From the NCBI GenBank assembly GCA_040357565.1, contig JBDODJ010000022.1: a stretch of DNA of 64,000 nt. One strand, given 5' to 3'. The DNA comes from Cercozoa sp. M6MM (taxonomy: Eukaryota > Protista > Endomyxa: Ascetosporea). Positions 28,237 to 42,562 of the stretch are shown here, one piece after another. The translations under genes were made by a program, and so were the position numbers. The notes under the pieces were generated by a model. It worked only from the letters and a program-made list of their open reading frames with translations, ran no database searches and was not told where the DNA came from. Positions within the stretch are counted from its first letter, which is position 1. Each line of letters opens with the position of its first letter.

Positions 28237-29505
28237 ATGACCGCTAACATGGAGCTGTTCAAGGAGGTGAGGAGACCCGTTTTGATGTTTTGTTCCCTTT
28301 GTTGTTTGGCAAAAAAGTCGTGCGGTTCTGGCAGTTTTTTGAAACCGAATGTGTGTACTGACGGTAGGTGGGCACTCGTGTCTACAAGCAGCAGGCTCAG
28401 TTCTTTTTGAACGCCTACTGGGCTGAGCTCGGCGCGCAGGTGACTAGATCTATTGCAGTTCTTTGGCCTGCCGTGATCACAACTGAGGAGTACCAAAAAT
28501 AATTTAGGCCGAGGAGGTGTGGCAGCTCGCCGAGAAGCTGTACGAGGTCGATGATGAGAGCGGCCAGGAGGGCTGTGCTCTTGACGAGTGGCGGTATTTT
28601 TGCTGTGTTTTGTTTTTGCTTTTCCCAGCTGTTTCTTCTGAGTTTCTTCTGGGATCAAAATGTAGCGCCCACCGCTTCCTGGAGGCGCTCGGCGAGACTC
28701 TGACGGCTCTGGCGATGCGTGCCAAGCTGCGCGAGATCGATCGTGCGTTGATATTTTTCTGTGCTGATCGAGATCTAGATGAGCTGGAGTGTGTGCAGTT
28801 GACTCGGACGGCAAGATGTCCTTCATTGAGTACCTCGTGTCGCGATACGAGAAGACCGTTAACGAGCTCATGTCGCGTCCGCAGGGCACGAACGAGATGC
28901 TCGCCCGCGCTCAGCAGTATACCCAAAGTTCTGTGCCGTGAAGCAAGGCCAAATCTTACTGTGTTTTACCACAAAGGGCCCTCGATGCCGTGCAGGCCGA
29001 GATCGCCTCGATTGAGGTAGAGTCTGTTGAAATATGTAATGCCAACGAAGAACACTTGTACTGTCTGTTGTGTAGGCCCAGAAGACGCGTCTTGAGGCCG
29101 AGGCCAACGGCGGCGGTGTCAAGGCCTTCCGTGCCAAGTAAGTCAATCTCACTGTGAGTCATTTGTGCCAACACTCGCTTGTGACACTTGCTGCAGGGCC
29201 GAGCTCGCGCAGCTCCTGGCTGCCGATCAGACCGGCCTGGTACGCTCTCCCTAAAACTCTCTTTTAAACCCTCTGTTGTATCCCAACACTACTTTCCAAT
29301 CAAAAATAAGCAGAACCGCGCCCTGATCACGGCCGAGGCTGCCGTGCGAAAGGCGTCCAAGATGGGCGGCGGTGACGCTCAGGGCACGTTGTGGTGGATG
29401 CAGCGCGAGCTTGAAGAGGCCAAGAAATACAAGCCCAGCAAGAGTGCCTTTTGCCAACGCCTTTTTAACCTTGTTTTTTTTATCGTGTGTGTACGTGCAG
29501 AGTAA
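28237..29505 (+). CDS. Calcium-regulated 34-kDa actin-bundling protein (ABP34-like, EF-hand)
   Basis: QAQFFLNAYW, AHRFLEALGETLT...LREID|LDSDGKMSFIEYL, RPQG, NRALITAEAAVRK and GTLWWMQRELEEAKKYKP. Confidence 0.85.
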
Positions 29506-29813
29506 GCAGCACTGTGACGGGCCGTTCAGTTCGCCTGTCGCCTGTAAACATAAGGACGGCTACGTAGGGCTTGTTCTGTGAGCATTGGCTTGATATTGGC
29601 TTGGCTCATGCATCGCATCTTACGCGACGACCGGATGTACTCGGCCTTGAAATTCGATTGTTCGGTTACCTTGCGTTAAGCCAACGAAAACAAATAAATG
29701 ATATTGTCGTGGGTGTATGTATTGTTAACGGCCCGGATGAGAAAACGAAAAATGCGCATTTAACTCGGCTGTGTACGTACACACGACAGGCAGGATTCGC
29801 TTGTAATAGTTCG

Positions 29814-31934
29814 TCACTGTACGATGCCCTCGCTCTGTAGCTGTTGGAGTGCCGCTCCGTCCAGTTGCAGGAGCTCTGAAAGCACCTCGTTGGTGTGCTC
29901 GCCTGCCGATCAATAGTGAGTCAAGCAATGCCATGTTAGGTCTCCAACTCAAAGCTCCAAATGTACCGAGCACGGGAGGAGCCTGCCGAACCGACGTGAA
30001 AGTATCGCCATTGTGTGCTTTAAAAGGCGGTGCGACGTACCTGAAGCACACAGATTCTCGGTTCCATGAGACCGTTGTAGTTGCAACAAGAGTCTACTTG
30101 ATAGTTCCGCAGGTCGAATGTTCCATCTCGCGCACGATGTTGCAGGCCTCAACCTGTCTCCTCATAGCAGAGGTAGACATATCATTTGAAAGCAAACAAA
30201 ACACACCTGTGGATGACTGAGTGCCTGTGAGACAGTGCGAACGCTTTGGTAAACAGGTCCGATTCTGTGTTCTGTGAGGCAAGCACAATATCCGAGGAAG
30301 AAAAGAAATTAAACGTGGTTTACCCTTGGTGTATTCGTCAAGAATGTGCTCCCACTCTTGTGCGGTTTTTTGCAGAAGAATTGTACGAAGCTGCGGCAAC
30401 AAAACTGTGCGATTCGCAACGCGTTTCGCGTTGCTGTCGAAGCGTTCCTCCAGCGGAATTCCCAGGATCTAAATTGATATTAAACAAAAACTTAACGTAT
30501 AAGAGAGCAACAAAACGAGCCAAGTTACTTCACAGAGTGCGGCGAACTGTGCATCATTTGCAGCGCCCAAAGCGAGGTACTGCAGTAACAAGACAACTTG
30601 TCAGGACGGTGCTGATGTTTAAATGCACAAAGGTACCTGTTCGTCCTTGCAGGCAAAGTACTCATACGGCACAATACTCGCATGTGCAGAGCCTCTTAAA
30701 AAAAGAGTTGCAGCAAGTGAATTTTCGAATGGAGGAAAGCGGAAAGTACAGTCGCTGGCCCTCCTTGCCAGCCAACAGAAAGTCGGAAGCGACGTTGGCA
30801 AGCGATGCCAGTTGCGATGCCATCAGCGAGCACTCCAGTCTCTGAGTTGGTAGGTAGAAAAGAGCACTCTAACTGGCCTTGAGTCAAGGAGGCAGCAAAC
30901 CTGTCCAATTCCGGTGTGTTGCCTCTGCAGCAAGGCCGCCAGAATCCCGATCGTTGCGTGATTCGCCGTAAACTGTGCATCAAGTGAAGTGAGATTTTAA
31001 GCGGTTTCAAGCAAGAGAACCACAGGGAACAAAGAAAGCACACCAAGTCCGTAACGGCAACACCGACCTTGACAGGCGCACCGTCCTTCTCGCCAGTTAT
31101 GCTGGACATGCCGAACTGTAGGCATACATTGTACTTGAGTGTCGACAACTTGACACTTGTTTAGAGGAGAAAAGGTACCCCAGCTTGCACCATGGCATCA
31201 TAACCTGCCGTATTGGCCATCGGTCCCTCTCGTCCTTCACAAATACACACACACACACAGATGAATGGTTGTTAATTTACCCTAGACAACACAGGGTCAG
31301 AGGAAGGTACCGTATCCACTAATACTGCACCAGATGAGTGACGGTTTTTCCGAGATCAATGCATCAGGGCACAGTGCGTCCTGTTGTAAGAGGGGGGTAA
31401 AGGGTTAAGGCGGAGGTCCCATAGGAAAGGAACACTGCCCAGACGCTGCTTTTGTCGTTCGAAGAAGTCAGCACGGAAATTCTCTAAAACCACGTCACTT
31501 TTTGTAGCCAACTGTCGAACCTGCACATACATAGGGTTTAAACTGTTGCTACACAAACTTAGCACGGCCAGTTGGCTTAAATACGAGCTTGACGCCCTCG
31601 CGTGTGGATAAATCAATGGCAACACTTTTCTTGTTTCTGCAGATCAGTTCAGTTTGGAGTAAAATTGACTGGCCGACAAAACTATATGACACTCTACCTG
31701 TTGCACTGGAGAAAGTAAGCCGACTCGCCGTTCACAAAGGGCGGGCCCCACTAAGAGCACATTGAAGTATGTGTGGCGATCGATATAAGTATTTACGTGG
31801 CGCGTGTCGTCGCCCCTGCCAGGTCGTTCAATTTTAATGACCTCTGCACCCAGATCACCGAGCATCTGGGAACATGTGGGACCCGCCAGCACGCGAGAAA
31901 GATCTAGAACGCGTACGCCTCGGAGCGGTAACAT
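29814..31934 (-). CDS. SUGCT: Class III CoA-transferase (CaiB/BaiF; succinate-hydroxymethylglutarate CoA-transferase-like)
   Basis: [68 protein letters not shown] and [12 protein letters not shown]. Confidence 0.9.
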
Positions 31935-32767
31935 TTGAAATCCAACCTAGAAAAAAAAAACGGACTATGAGCACTGTCTGCAGTACAGTATAAACAAGCG
32001 TATGCTTGCTAGTCTAGTCAGTACTGGCACACACCTGCAGCTGCAGTTACATTCAACTGTACTGTACTACTGGGGTGAATGAAAGTATCCGGTATCGATT
32101 CTGAGTTAGAAAGTGTGCACACCGGCGAAGGTGCACTCACACGCATGCGCGCGCTTTTGTGTCAGTTGGCGTCGACGAATCCGGACGAAGAATCAGAAAG
32201 TACGCAGGGTATCATGATGCTCTTGCCGCGTAAGTGTTGTGTATTAAAGGAGTAAAATGACTGCTTGCCAACAGAGTTTCGTTCCTTCTTCTCACGCACG
32301 CTGCTTCCAATGCTCGCCGTGGAACCGCGCGAGCATGCACGAAATTAGGTGATTGCCCGAAAGCACATGAAATGTGGTCTAGCAGGTGGCACCCTGCACT
32401 TGAGATGGATGAAGAGGCTCGCATTGACATCGAAGAGGAAAGCAGTCCAAGTCAAACCTTGACGTTCAGTCGCAAAACTTCGGCCTCCGACGACAGCCTC
32501 ACTACTTTCTTGCATAGCTATTGATTCGCTGCTACATGCGCAGTCTTCCGTTCATTAGATTTCCCCGCCGCTGGCATCGCCGGCCGGACAAAGCGAAGTG
32601 AGTAGCACCCGTAAACAAACATTCTAAGTAAAGCACGATAGATATTAGCTCCTTTTGCGTCCTGCTGTTCGGTTCATTCAACGCAAGCTTCCTTCGTGAC
32701 GCGATGCAATGTCGGATCTTCGTGCGTAACGCAAGACGAACTGGAGAATTGGAAGAGGCGTGGCGGC

Positions 32768-35700
32768 CTACTGTTGTTTCCGATCACGACTGCGACGTCG
32801 CTTCGGCGTCCTACGTCCTTCGTCGGCAGCCGAAGGCACGTGCACAATCTCGTCGTCGACGTTGTCATCGCGCATGGCGTCGTGCACCTGGAATCTGAAG
32901 TGGCCAAAGACGTGACCATCCTGCACACAAAGAGCGCAGCAACATAAAGACAAGACCAATACTGATGAAGCAGGAAAGGAGAATGTACCGTGGCAGGACC
33001 CTCGTCGACATCGGTAATTTGGCAGACGCTACCGTCGGGCAGGACACTCTGCAGAATCAGGCGCGACAGCGGCGTCACCACTGCCTTCTCGAGGTATCGC
33101 TTGAGCGGTCGTGCACCGAACGCCGGCTCGAAACCTTCTGAGATGGCACGTCGCACAGCGCGATCGCTCACATGCAGCGAGACGTCCCTGCAGCACGCGC
33201 ATAACACGTTTGATACATAAACAAGAAATAAAATGAAAGCGGAGTACTTTTCGCGCAGGCGTTTCTCGACGTGCACAAGTTGCATGCGCACGATGCGCGA
33301 CAGGTGCGAACGTCGCAGCGGCTCGAACACGAGAAGGTCGTCCAGGCGGTTCAGGAACTCCGGTCGGAAGTGCGAACGCACCTCGGCCAACACGCGTTTT
33401 TTGGCCTCACTACAGACACAACCATACAAGTGCATACACACAGACATACACACAGAAGAGTGCAAAGCATACGCAAGCTGCTGCATGAATTCGTCGTTGC
33501 CACTGAAGGAAGCGGCATCGTCATCGACACCGAGGTTGCTGGCAGCACGATCCAGCGTGTCCAGCAGGTAGCGAGCGCCCAGGTTGGACGTCATGAGGAT
33601 AACAGTGTTGCTGAAGTCGACGGTGCGGCCCTTGCTGTCAGTGAGACGGCCGTCGTCCAGCACCTGCAGCAGCACGTTAAACACGTCCGGATGCGCCTTC
33701 TCCACCTCGTCGAACAGCACGACCGTATAGGGTCGACGTCGCACGGCCTCGGTGAGTTGGCCGCCTTCCTCGTGGCCAATGTAACCTACAGCTCAACGGT
33801 AAACAAGAGCAACACGTGTAGCGCAACATGCGTATTGGAGGTACCTGGCGGTGAGCCAATGAGTCGCGACACGGCGTGCTTCTCCATGTACTCACTCATG
33901 TCGATGCGGACCATGTGCGTCTCGTCGTCAAACAGCTGCTCGGCGAGCGCCTTGGCGAGTTCCGTCTTGCCCACACCCGTCGGACCCAAGCACTGCACAC
34001 AACAGCACATCATTCAGGGGCAATCGAGGTCACACCACAATGTGTCGTACCAGGAATGAGGCAACAGGCTGGTTCTCATTTCCCAGCCCAGCACGGTTGC
34101 GCAAGCTGTCAACATCATACAGATATGAGAGTGTCAAACACAACGAAACAACTAAAGGCGAGAGCGTACATTGCATCAGCGACCGCGTCGATGGCGGCAT
34201 CTTGTCCCACAACGCGCTCGTGCAGTGAGTCACCTAGCAAACAACAGCATTGGTATCGATCAAGAACACGACTAGATACAGTATAGATAAAGTACCAAGT
34301 GAAAGCAGACGACTGCGCTCGGTTTGTGACAGCTTGCTCACGGGAATTCCCGTCTGCACACGTCACATTGGGTCAAGCAAAGGTGAGTATAACTGATAAA
34401 TGTACCCAACGCGACACGACATCGGCGATTTGGTCGGGACCAACGGTTTCGCTCACACTGTTGAAGGCACACATGAGCAGTGAAACACCTCAGAGGGTCA
34501 GGAACGTAAGAGTATAGTACAGCTTGTGACTGTCATCCGCGCGCTCAGCTTCCATTTCCTTTTCGACACGACTGATGCGTTCGGCAAGCTATGGACAGGG
34601 AGGAAAGTAAGTCACAATTGAAGAGCAAGGTGGGCAGAGAAAGGTACCTCTGGAATGGCACCGTACTTGAGATCCGACGCTGTTGCGAAATCACGCCTGT
34701 ATCACAATGCAGGTAAGCAACAGAAAGAACAACTGAAGAGCAACAGAACACAAATTTACATTCGCTCAGCGCGGGCGAGTTTCGCCTCCAAGTTTTCGCG
34801 CTTGGACTTGAGCTTCTGCAGTTCGTTGGCACGGCCTCGTCTGAAGAAACAAACATGAGTTACAAGCCGACGCGGCAAAACACAAAGGAGAAAGCGTACT
34901 CGGACTCGTATTGGGCACGCAAAGGCCCCAGTTCCTCCTGGAGGTCTGCCAATTCCTTCTTCACTTCTTCCTGCTCACAGTGGATTCAGTCACAGTCAAT
35001 GATTAACAAGAAACAAAAAAGTAATGAATACCACGCGCAGCTGCTGTTGCGGCGACGGTTTCTTCTCGGCCTGCAGTGCCGTTAGCTCGACCTCGAGTTG
35101 GAGTTGTTTGCGCTCCAACTGATCAATCACTTCCGGCTGCGAGTCCAGTTGGCAGCGAATCATCGAGCTGCACAACTCACGTAAACAGGATGCAGAAAGA
35201 AGGCATGCCACGAAAAAGCAATTGGTACCAAGCCTCATCAACGAGATCGATGGCTTTGTCCGGTAAGAAGCGCTGCGAAATGTAGCGATCGGCCAGTTTG
35301 GCCGCGAACACCAATGCCTACACAATTCACCGTGTGTGCATGCGCATACTCCGACTACAGAGGAAGCACAACTTACCGCATCTGAAATTCCGACACCGTG
35401 GTGCAGTTCGTAACGCTCCTTAAGTCCACGCAGGATCGAGATCGTATCGACTACACTCGGCTCTGCCACCATGACCTACGGACGACATGAACATACGATT
35501 GCCCCTATAAGAAAAGAAGAGCAAGAGCAAAACACACCTGCTGGAAACGTCGCTCGAACGCAGGGTCCTTCTCGACGTGCTTCTGGTATTCACCGAGCGT
35601 CGTGGCACCCACGCAGCGAAGCACACCGCGAGCCAACATCGGCTTTAGCAGATTGGCCGCGTCCATGGCCTGTTGAACAGAAGAACAATGCGTGTGCAAA

Positions 35701-37074
35701 CAGAAAGGCGATGAAAGGGCATAATCTCAAAAGTACCGAGCCACCAGCAGCACCAGTTCCGAGCACCATGTGCATCTCGTCAATAAAAAGAATCACTTGA
35801 CCGTTGCTATCCTCCACTTCCTTCAGTACTGAGCAGCACATAATAGAGTAGCACATACACATAAAGTAGATGTACAAAATGTAAATTGCAAGGGGGGATG
35901 TGTGTAAACAGTGCTGTACCAGCCTTGAGTCGCTCCTCAAACTCGCCGCGGTGCGAGGCACCCGCAATGAGGGCGCCAAGGTCCAACGAGAACAATCGCC
36001 GGTCCTGCAATGAGGCCGGAACGTCGCCTTCAACGATACGCCGTGCCAGGCCTTCCACAATGGCCGTCTTGCCAACACCTGGCTCGCCCTGCACACCAAC
36101 AATCAGTAAGGCCCGAAAGTTACCAGGTTGGCTATGGTAGGGAGAGAAATTTTACAATAAGCACTGGGTTGTTCTTGGTTCGTCGCGATAACACTTGGAT
36201 CGTGCGGCGAATCTCCGCGTCACGACCGATTACAGGGTCGAGCTTGCCTTCTTCCGCACTGAAAGGAACAATTGTATGAAGATATCACGATATAATCCCA
36301 CTGAATGGATGAAGGGGAATTGTACAGAGCAACGAGGTCTTGACCATACTTGGACAATGCATCGAACGTGCTCTCGGCAGAGCGCGACGTAACGCGCTGC
36401 GATCCGCGTAGCTTCTTCACCACCTGCAAAGACACAGCGATAGATCTGATTTCTACAGACAACGTTCAGTATGAAAGCATGCAAAACACACCTCCTCAGC
36501 CTTAACTTTGGGCAGTCCGTTGCGCGCGAAAAGTTCGCCAACGCCGGCAGAAGCAACCAGTGCGAGCAAAAGATGATCCGCGGCCTGAAAAGACAGAAAA
36601 GTAAAGGAAGCCTCCACGGCAAAAGAAGAGAGCAAAAGTACGACAAAATCGTCGTTGCCCTTGACGCGGAGTTTTTCGGCTGCGTCCAGCACAGCGTGCA
36701 GTGCGTGGTTCGGCGCGGGCTGTGAGGGCGCCGGACTCTGCGACGGAAGCGAGGCCACCTTGCTCTCGATGGCACTGCGCACGTTGTTCGGATCGACACC
36801 GGCGGCCTTGCACAGTCGCACGCCAAGAGAGGCGGCGTCGCTGAAGAGCGCCAGTGCCAGGTGGAACGGCGACGTCTGCGAGTGACCGCGCGAACGCGCC
36901 TCGCTAATCGCGGCCTGGATGGCCTTCCTGTCAAGCAAGAGAAGGTAAGAGAGGGTAGTGAAAGCAGTTGATGAAAGCAATGAAATCAATTTGCAAGTGA
37001 AGAGAGAAGAGACAGTGAGAGAGAGTAAAAGCTTACATAGTGACTTCCGTGCACTTGTCGAAATCAAACGGCAT
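32768..37074 (-). CDS. HSP104: Hsp104/Hsp101 (ClpB) disaggregase
   Basis: [102 protein letters not shown] and [10 protein letters not shown]. Confidence 0.97.
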
Positions 37075-37240
37075 CTTTCAGTTGCGAGTACACTCCTGGT
37101 ATAAACTCGTCGAGTAAGTTCTTTTGTCGATTGAAGGTTGAAACAATCACTAAACAAAAAGCGAAAAGTGAACAGCTTTGGAAGTTTAGAAGGCGAAGGA
37201 AGGTGAAGCTTCGCTTTGGCATCTTCGAAATTCTCTCAAC

Positions 37241-37260
37241 TGAAAATTCCCGAAGCTTCG
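37241..37260. promoter_or_regulatory. Heat-shock element (four perfect alternating nGAAn units) upstream of HSP104
   Basis: tGAAa-aTTCc-cGAAg-cTTCg about 170 bp upstream of the HSP104 ATG. An extra tGAAg-cTTCg pair lies at 37204-37213. Confidence 0.8.
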
Positions 37261-37530
37261 AAACGCACCTTAGCTTGCAGTTTGCTGCAGTACTTGTATT
37301 GGAGATGGACGTGAGAAGATTAAACACTTCGTTACACAAGTGTGCTTTGCAATCAAGATCGGAGATTAATTTTTTAATTTTATTCTTTTAAATCGATACA
37401 GCGCTCCCGGGTTGAACACCTTCTAAACTTCCAAACAGCCGATATGCTGAAGTGTGCTTATGCTCACAAGGAAGTACCTCGAGTAATTTAACCATTGCAA
37501 CTCAACTTCGAGTAGTTGACGCTGGGGCGT

Positions 37531-39006
37531 TTATTGTAGCATCAGCTTGAGACGCTCGTAGGTGATGAGCGTGATGCATGCGCCTGGAACGACACGAGCC
37601 GTTGAGGCCAGCCATCCCTGAAAGCTTAAAGTCACTAAGAAATAAAACACAAGGGACGAGAGTGACATACCCTGTACAGTCCGCGAATGCCGCCAACGTG
37701 CCAGACTCGCCTAAACATATGAACGAGCACATGAGAAAGCACGTTTCATACGGACGCAGAAAGAACCTACTTGGCAGTGCTCCAGAGGCCTTCGCCGGAG
37801 TGTTCTCCCGAAGCACTCGTACGTTGCATGTGTGTTCGCAGCACCTGATGCGGGTAGGTGAGTGCGGACGCGAGTATCTTGCTGACAGACGTGACTGCCA
37901 GTGTCTCCAGGTCCGTGAGCACCTCGCGTCCCGTGTGTTGCTGAACTCTGGGGAGAACGGGTATAAATACAATGAAGACGGTCGTAACCACAGAGTACTC
38001 GTAACGCAGACGCTCGTAGAACATGAACTTGAAGGCGCCGTGACTGACGCCGAGGAGTGACGGAGTCAGACCGCGATACAGTGACCTTACGCCTCCTCTG
38101 CACACAAATCAACTATGTTGACTCGAGATACTTGACAGAAAGTAAATGTACTTGTGAACAAGCTGCTTAGCAGTATCAAAAATGCCTGCACAACATCAAA
38201 ACAAGTCAGACAGTCAGAAAGCAAGCACACTTGGACGATCAACATACCCCTGAACCGGTTGTCCTTCTGCAACTGCAGATTGGTCTTGAGCACCCTGACT
38301 TACCGACAATTGACACAGGCACATGCAAAAGGGACCAAACCGGATTGGTACCAAATAGGATTGGTCATCACGACCGTCACCACGCCTGCCAGCAGTGAGG
38401 CCACGAAGTGGTGCGCGTCACTCAACCGCTCGGCCGTGTCGCCGCGCATCGCGCGCTTCAACGCTTCGAACACGAGGAAAAACGAGGCCCAGGCCGTGCT
38501 GCTTCCGAGCACACTCACACCCACACCTACAACAACACAGCACTCTGTACAGACCACACCCAAACCTGTATGCAAGACACACCTGCGTACATGGCCCTGC
38601 CAATGCCTTCCTATACACACGCGGGTTCTCTCACACAGAGAGCAACTTTGAGTCATCTTACTGCACGCACGGTCTTCCATACATCGCGCACCGAGTTGTA
38701 TGAATAATTCACGGGCCTTTGCGCTACAATACAAAGTGATTAGCATTCAGACTGCTGCATCAAGCTGGCATACTCACCCTTCGGTGGTTCGCACTTCGTT
38801 TTCACGCCTTTGTGCTCAGCAAAGTTCTGAAACCGCACCTTTAACAGGTCTAGCGGGTACACTGCCACCTAAACACGGCAATAAAATGTGACCAGCTCGT
38901 CAAGCAAACCAAAAAGCTCGAAACGCACCGTGGCCACGCAGCCAGCGGCAAACCCGCAAGCGGCATGTGCCGCTAAGGGCAACCTGCCGTCTTCATCACT
39001 AGACAT
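37531..39006 (-). CDS. SLC25A32: Mitochondrial carrier, folate/FAD/NAD transporter-like
   Basis: Three carrier signatures: YPLDLLKVRFQ, TNPIW..KTNLQLQ and TYPHQVLRTHMQ. Also LYRGLTPSLLGVSHGAFKFMFYE and ARVVPGACITLITYE. Confidence 0.85.
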
Positions 39007-39238
39007 GTGACCCGCTCGCGGACACAACGTGCTCTAATCCTAACGAATGAGCAGTGCACGGCTGATGGTACTATTCTGGCTCAGTTTTGGCGGGCGAGCC
39101 GAAGTTTGTTTATTCACGCAGCAGCACAGCGGAAGTGTCTGTAGCGGTGTAAGTGGCGATCGCTTTCAGTTAGAGAGCGCTAGACAGGCGCGCTTGAACG
39201 AAGGTTTGTAGTTTTTTTTTCGACTCGAGCGAATCAAA

Positions 39239-41135
39239 ATGCAGACGCTGACGTTCGACGATGACGCGTCCCAGGGCGCACGACCGCAGCGCCGCAAGCA
39301 GAAGAAGGGACAAAAAAAGCCAAAACAGCAGAAGACAGTGACTCAGAAACGCGTGGAGGCGTCGGTGCAGAAGTACCGTCGATTCGAGCACAAGGTGCGT
39401 TTCTCCATCGCCGATTGATCGCGTTTGGTTGACCTAATGTCTTGATTGGCCCAGGGCAAGAAGGAACTGCTTAAGGGCGCGTCAGAGAAACGTTTGCGAA
39501 GCAAGTTGATGCGGCAGCACAAAGACGATCACGAGGCTGCCGATGTGTGTTTGAGCTTAGTTGATTCGTGATGCCTTGTGTGTGTGTGTTTTAAGCTCGT
39601 GTTTGTTCGCGTGAAGGCGTTGGCGCACGCCGAGTTGCTGCTGCCGGAGGAGTCGGGCTACCTCGAGGCAGACGCAGGCGAGCGTACCCATCGATTCTCG
39701 CAGGAGGTATTCCATCCCTGCACACCTTACTTTTTCTTTTTTTGGCACCTTGATATAACATTGATACATCATATGTGATTGCAGCAACTGGCGCAACATG
39801 TCGACGCTGCCACCAAGCAAAAAATGTTCGACCTGCAACTAACGCAGGTATGAGCCTACTTTGTGTCTGTTTAAAGGGTTTTTATGAATTCGACATGTGC
39901 AGTTCGGTCCGTACAAGTTGCGTTTCTCACGGAGTGGACGACACGTGCTACTAGGTGGAGGTACAGTTGCTCTTTTCCACCCCTCTCAGATTTACTTTTG
40001 CCTGTACAGTTAAGGGTCACGCTGCGTCGCTCGACTGGCGCAAGTTCCACGTGGTACTTTTGGTCTTACCTTCCTTCCCACCCACCCACCCACCCACCTA
40101 CACACACACATACACACACACACACATGCAATGTCTATATGCATGAGGGCAGGTGCAAGAGACGATGCTGCATGGCGACATTGTGGTATGCCCCCCCCCC
40201 CGTATGTATCGCTTTGTACAGAGGGTGTGTATGTGTGTGCGTGAGGTAGAGAGACGTGACGTTCCTGCACAATGAGACGATGTGGGCAGCGGCACAGCGA
40301 CAGTTCACGTATGCACTCATAATATACTGTAGGTGTCTTATGTATGTATATGGTATGTTTGTATACGTAGTTACGTGTACGACAAGGACGGCACAGAGCT
40401 GCACTGCTTGCAGAAGATGGGCAAGGTGCTTTTTCTCTACCCCCTTTACCCCCCCCCCCTACCCCCCTGCTTGCAGATGTGGACACTGGACTTCCTGCCG
40501 TACCACTTCCTCCTGACGGGCATCGGACAGAACGGTGTGCTTAAGTACGTCGACACCTCCACTGGCGTACCTCGTTTCTTTACCCCTCCCTCTTACCACG
40601 TACCACCCCACCCACTCCCCTATCGCAGGAAATGGTGTCCGAGTTGAAGACAAAGATGGGACCCTGCGGCGTCATGCGGCAGAACCCGTGGAACGCTGTA
40701 ACGCTGTGTGCGCACCAGAACGGCGTGGTCTCCATGTACACTCCCTACCCCTACTCCCTTTGACCCGAATGCCCTAACCCCCTGTGTTTGGTACATAATA
40801 GGTGGGCACCCAAGGTACCGACACCACTGGTGCGCATGCTGTGTCACAAGGGTCCCGTGACGCACCTTGCTGTCGATCGCGGCGGTCGGTACCTCGTCAC
40901 GTGCGGCGCCGACCTGCAGATGAAGATCTGGGATGTGCGCACCTACAAGTACACTTGCCCTTCGCCTCCTACTTTACCCCTACCCCGTCCTCTTATCCTT
41001 ATCCCCCCGTAGGTGCATGCAGCAGTACCGCATGCCAACACGTGTCACGGCTCTCGACATCTCGGACCGCGGTGTCGTTGCTGTCTCCTCCAAGGCCAAG
41101 GTAGTCTGGCCTCCCATCTCAAGGATCTCTTTCCC

Positions 41136-41185
<50 letters not shown>

Positions 41186-41195
41186 NNNNNNNNNN

Positions 41196-41243
<48 letters not shown>

Positions 41244-42360
41244 GTGTAACAGGTCGAGATGTGGAAGGACGCTTTCCGAACCAAGCAGAAAGCGCCGTAC
41301 ATGACGCACAACATGCCTGGTCGGCAGACTAATGATGTCCGGTATGTCTCTCCTTGTCTACTACTGATACCTTGTCAAGAAATGACCTATACGATGCAGT
41401 TTCTGTCCCTACGAGGACCTGCTGTTCGTGGGACACGATCAAGGCGTTTCTTCCGTCGTTGTGCCTGGCTCGGGCGAGCCGAACTTTGACTCGCTGAGCG
41501 CCAACCCGTATCAGAACTTCAAGCAGCGACAAGAGCAAGAAGTGCGACAACTGCTCGACAAATTGCAGGTTTCCTCGTTTTCTTCGCTGTTTCTGTTTTG
41601 TTTTTTGTGTTTGCTTTTTCGCGTCTTTTCGAGTCTTTTTGCAAGTTGAAGTTAAAATTGAAACAATCGGATCTATGCGCAGCCTCACATGATTACATTG
41701 GACCCGAATGTCATCGGCACATACGATGCTTCCAAACGGGTACTTTATCCTTAGTCTGTTCATTCATGCATTTTCGCATTTTCCGGTGTCCAGGCGGACG
41801 TCGAGCGACACAAGAAAGAACTTGAATTCGAACGCCTTGTGGTGCACTTTGTGCTTAGAGTTGTGCTTTTTGTGTATTTTGTCTGTGTGCTTTCAGGAGA
41901 GAAGTCAGAACGTCAAAAAGAAGGTTTGAAGTCTGCAACTAGCGTCCTTGTTTTTTCTATGCGTTTTTCGTGGGGTGCATTTGATAGATGCGCGGTCGCA
42001 ACACAACTTCGAAACGAACGCGCCGCAAGTACGCATTGTTGTCATCCACCGGTGTCACATGTAGTTATGTCTTCTGTGCTTTCCAGGCGTGCGGGAATCA
42101 TCGATCACGAACGTCGCGAACGCGAGGTATTTGACCAATGAAAACACCTCTCTTTTCTGTCATGGTACATATCTGGTTTGATGGTTGTAGGAGAGGACCG
42201 AAAAGTGGCATCGCGAGGCGCTCAAGAAACAACTCGCCAAACGCAACGAGAAACGCAAGGTACAAGCATAATGCACGCTTGGCTGCTTTTTTGGAAAGTA
42301 CGTGGTGATTCTCGATAGCACTCAGCAAAGGACGCGCTGGATCGCTTCCATCGGCGCTGA
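39239..42360 (+). CDS. WDR46: U3 snoRNP/SSU processome protein Utp7 (WDR46/BING4)
   Basis: [57 protein letters not shown] and [19 protein letters not shown]...[10 protein letters not shown]. Ends ALDRFHRR*. Confidence 0.95.
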
Positions 42361-42502
42361 TGATCTTATCGCACGTGCTGTCGGTCAGCTCAGTTGTGGA
42401 GTTGCGAGTATCTGTATCCATCTACTTTCTATTTACTCGACAACTGATGTCGAAGCACTAATTTACGGTACGCATACCACACTTTTACCGCAGCCTTTAG
42501 TA

Positions 42503-42562
42503 ATTCAGGCTTTGGCAGTGCCCGAGAACCAGATTCAGGCTTTGGCAGTGCCCGAGAACCAG
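42503..42562 (+). repeat. Perfect 30-bp tandem duplication in intergenic DNA
   Basis: attcaggctttggcagtgcccgagaaccag occurs twice in tandem. Confidence 0.95.
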
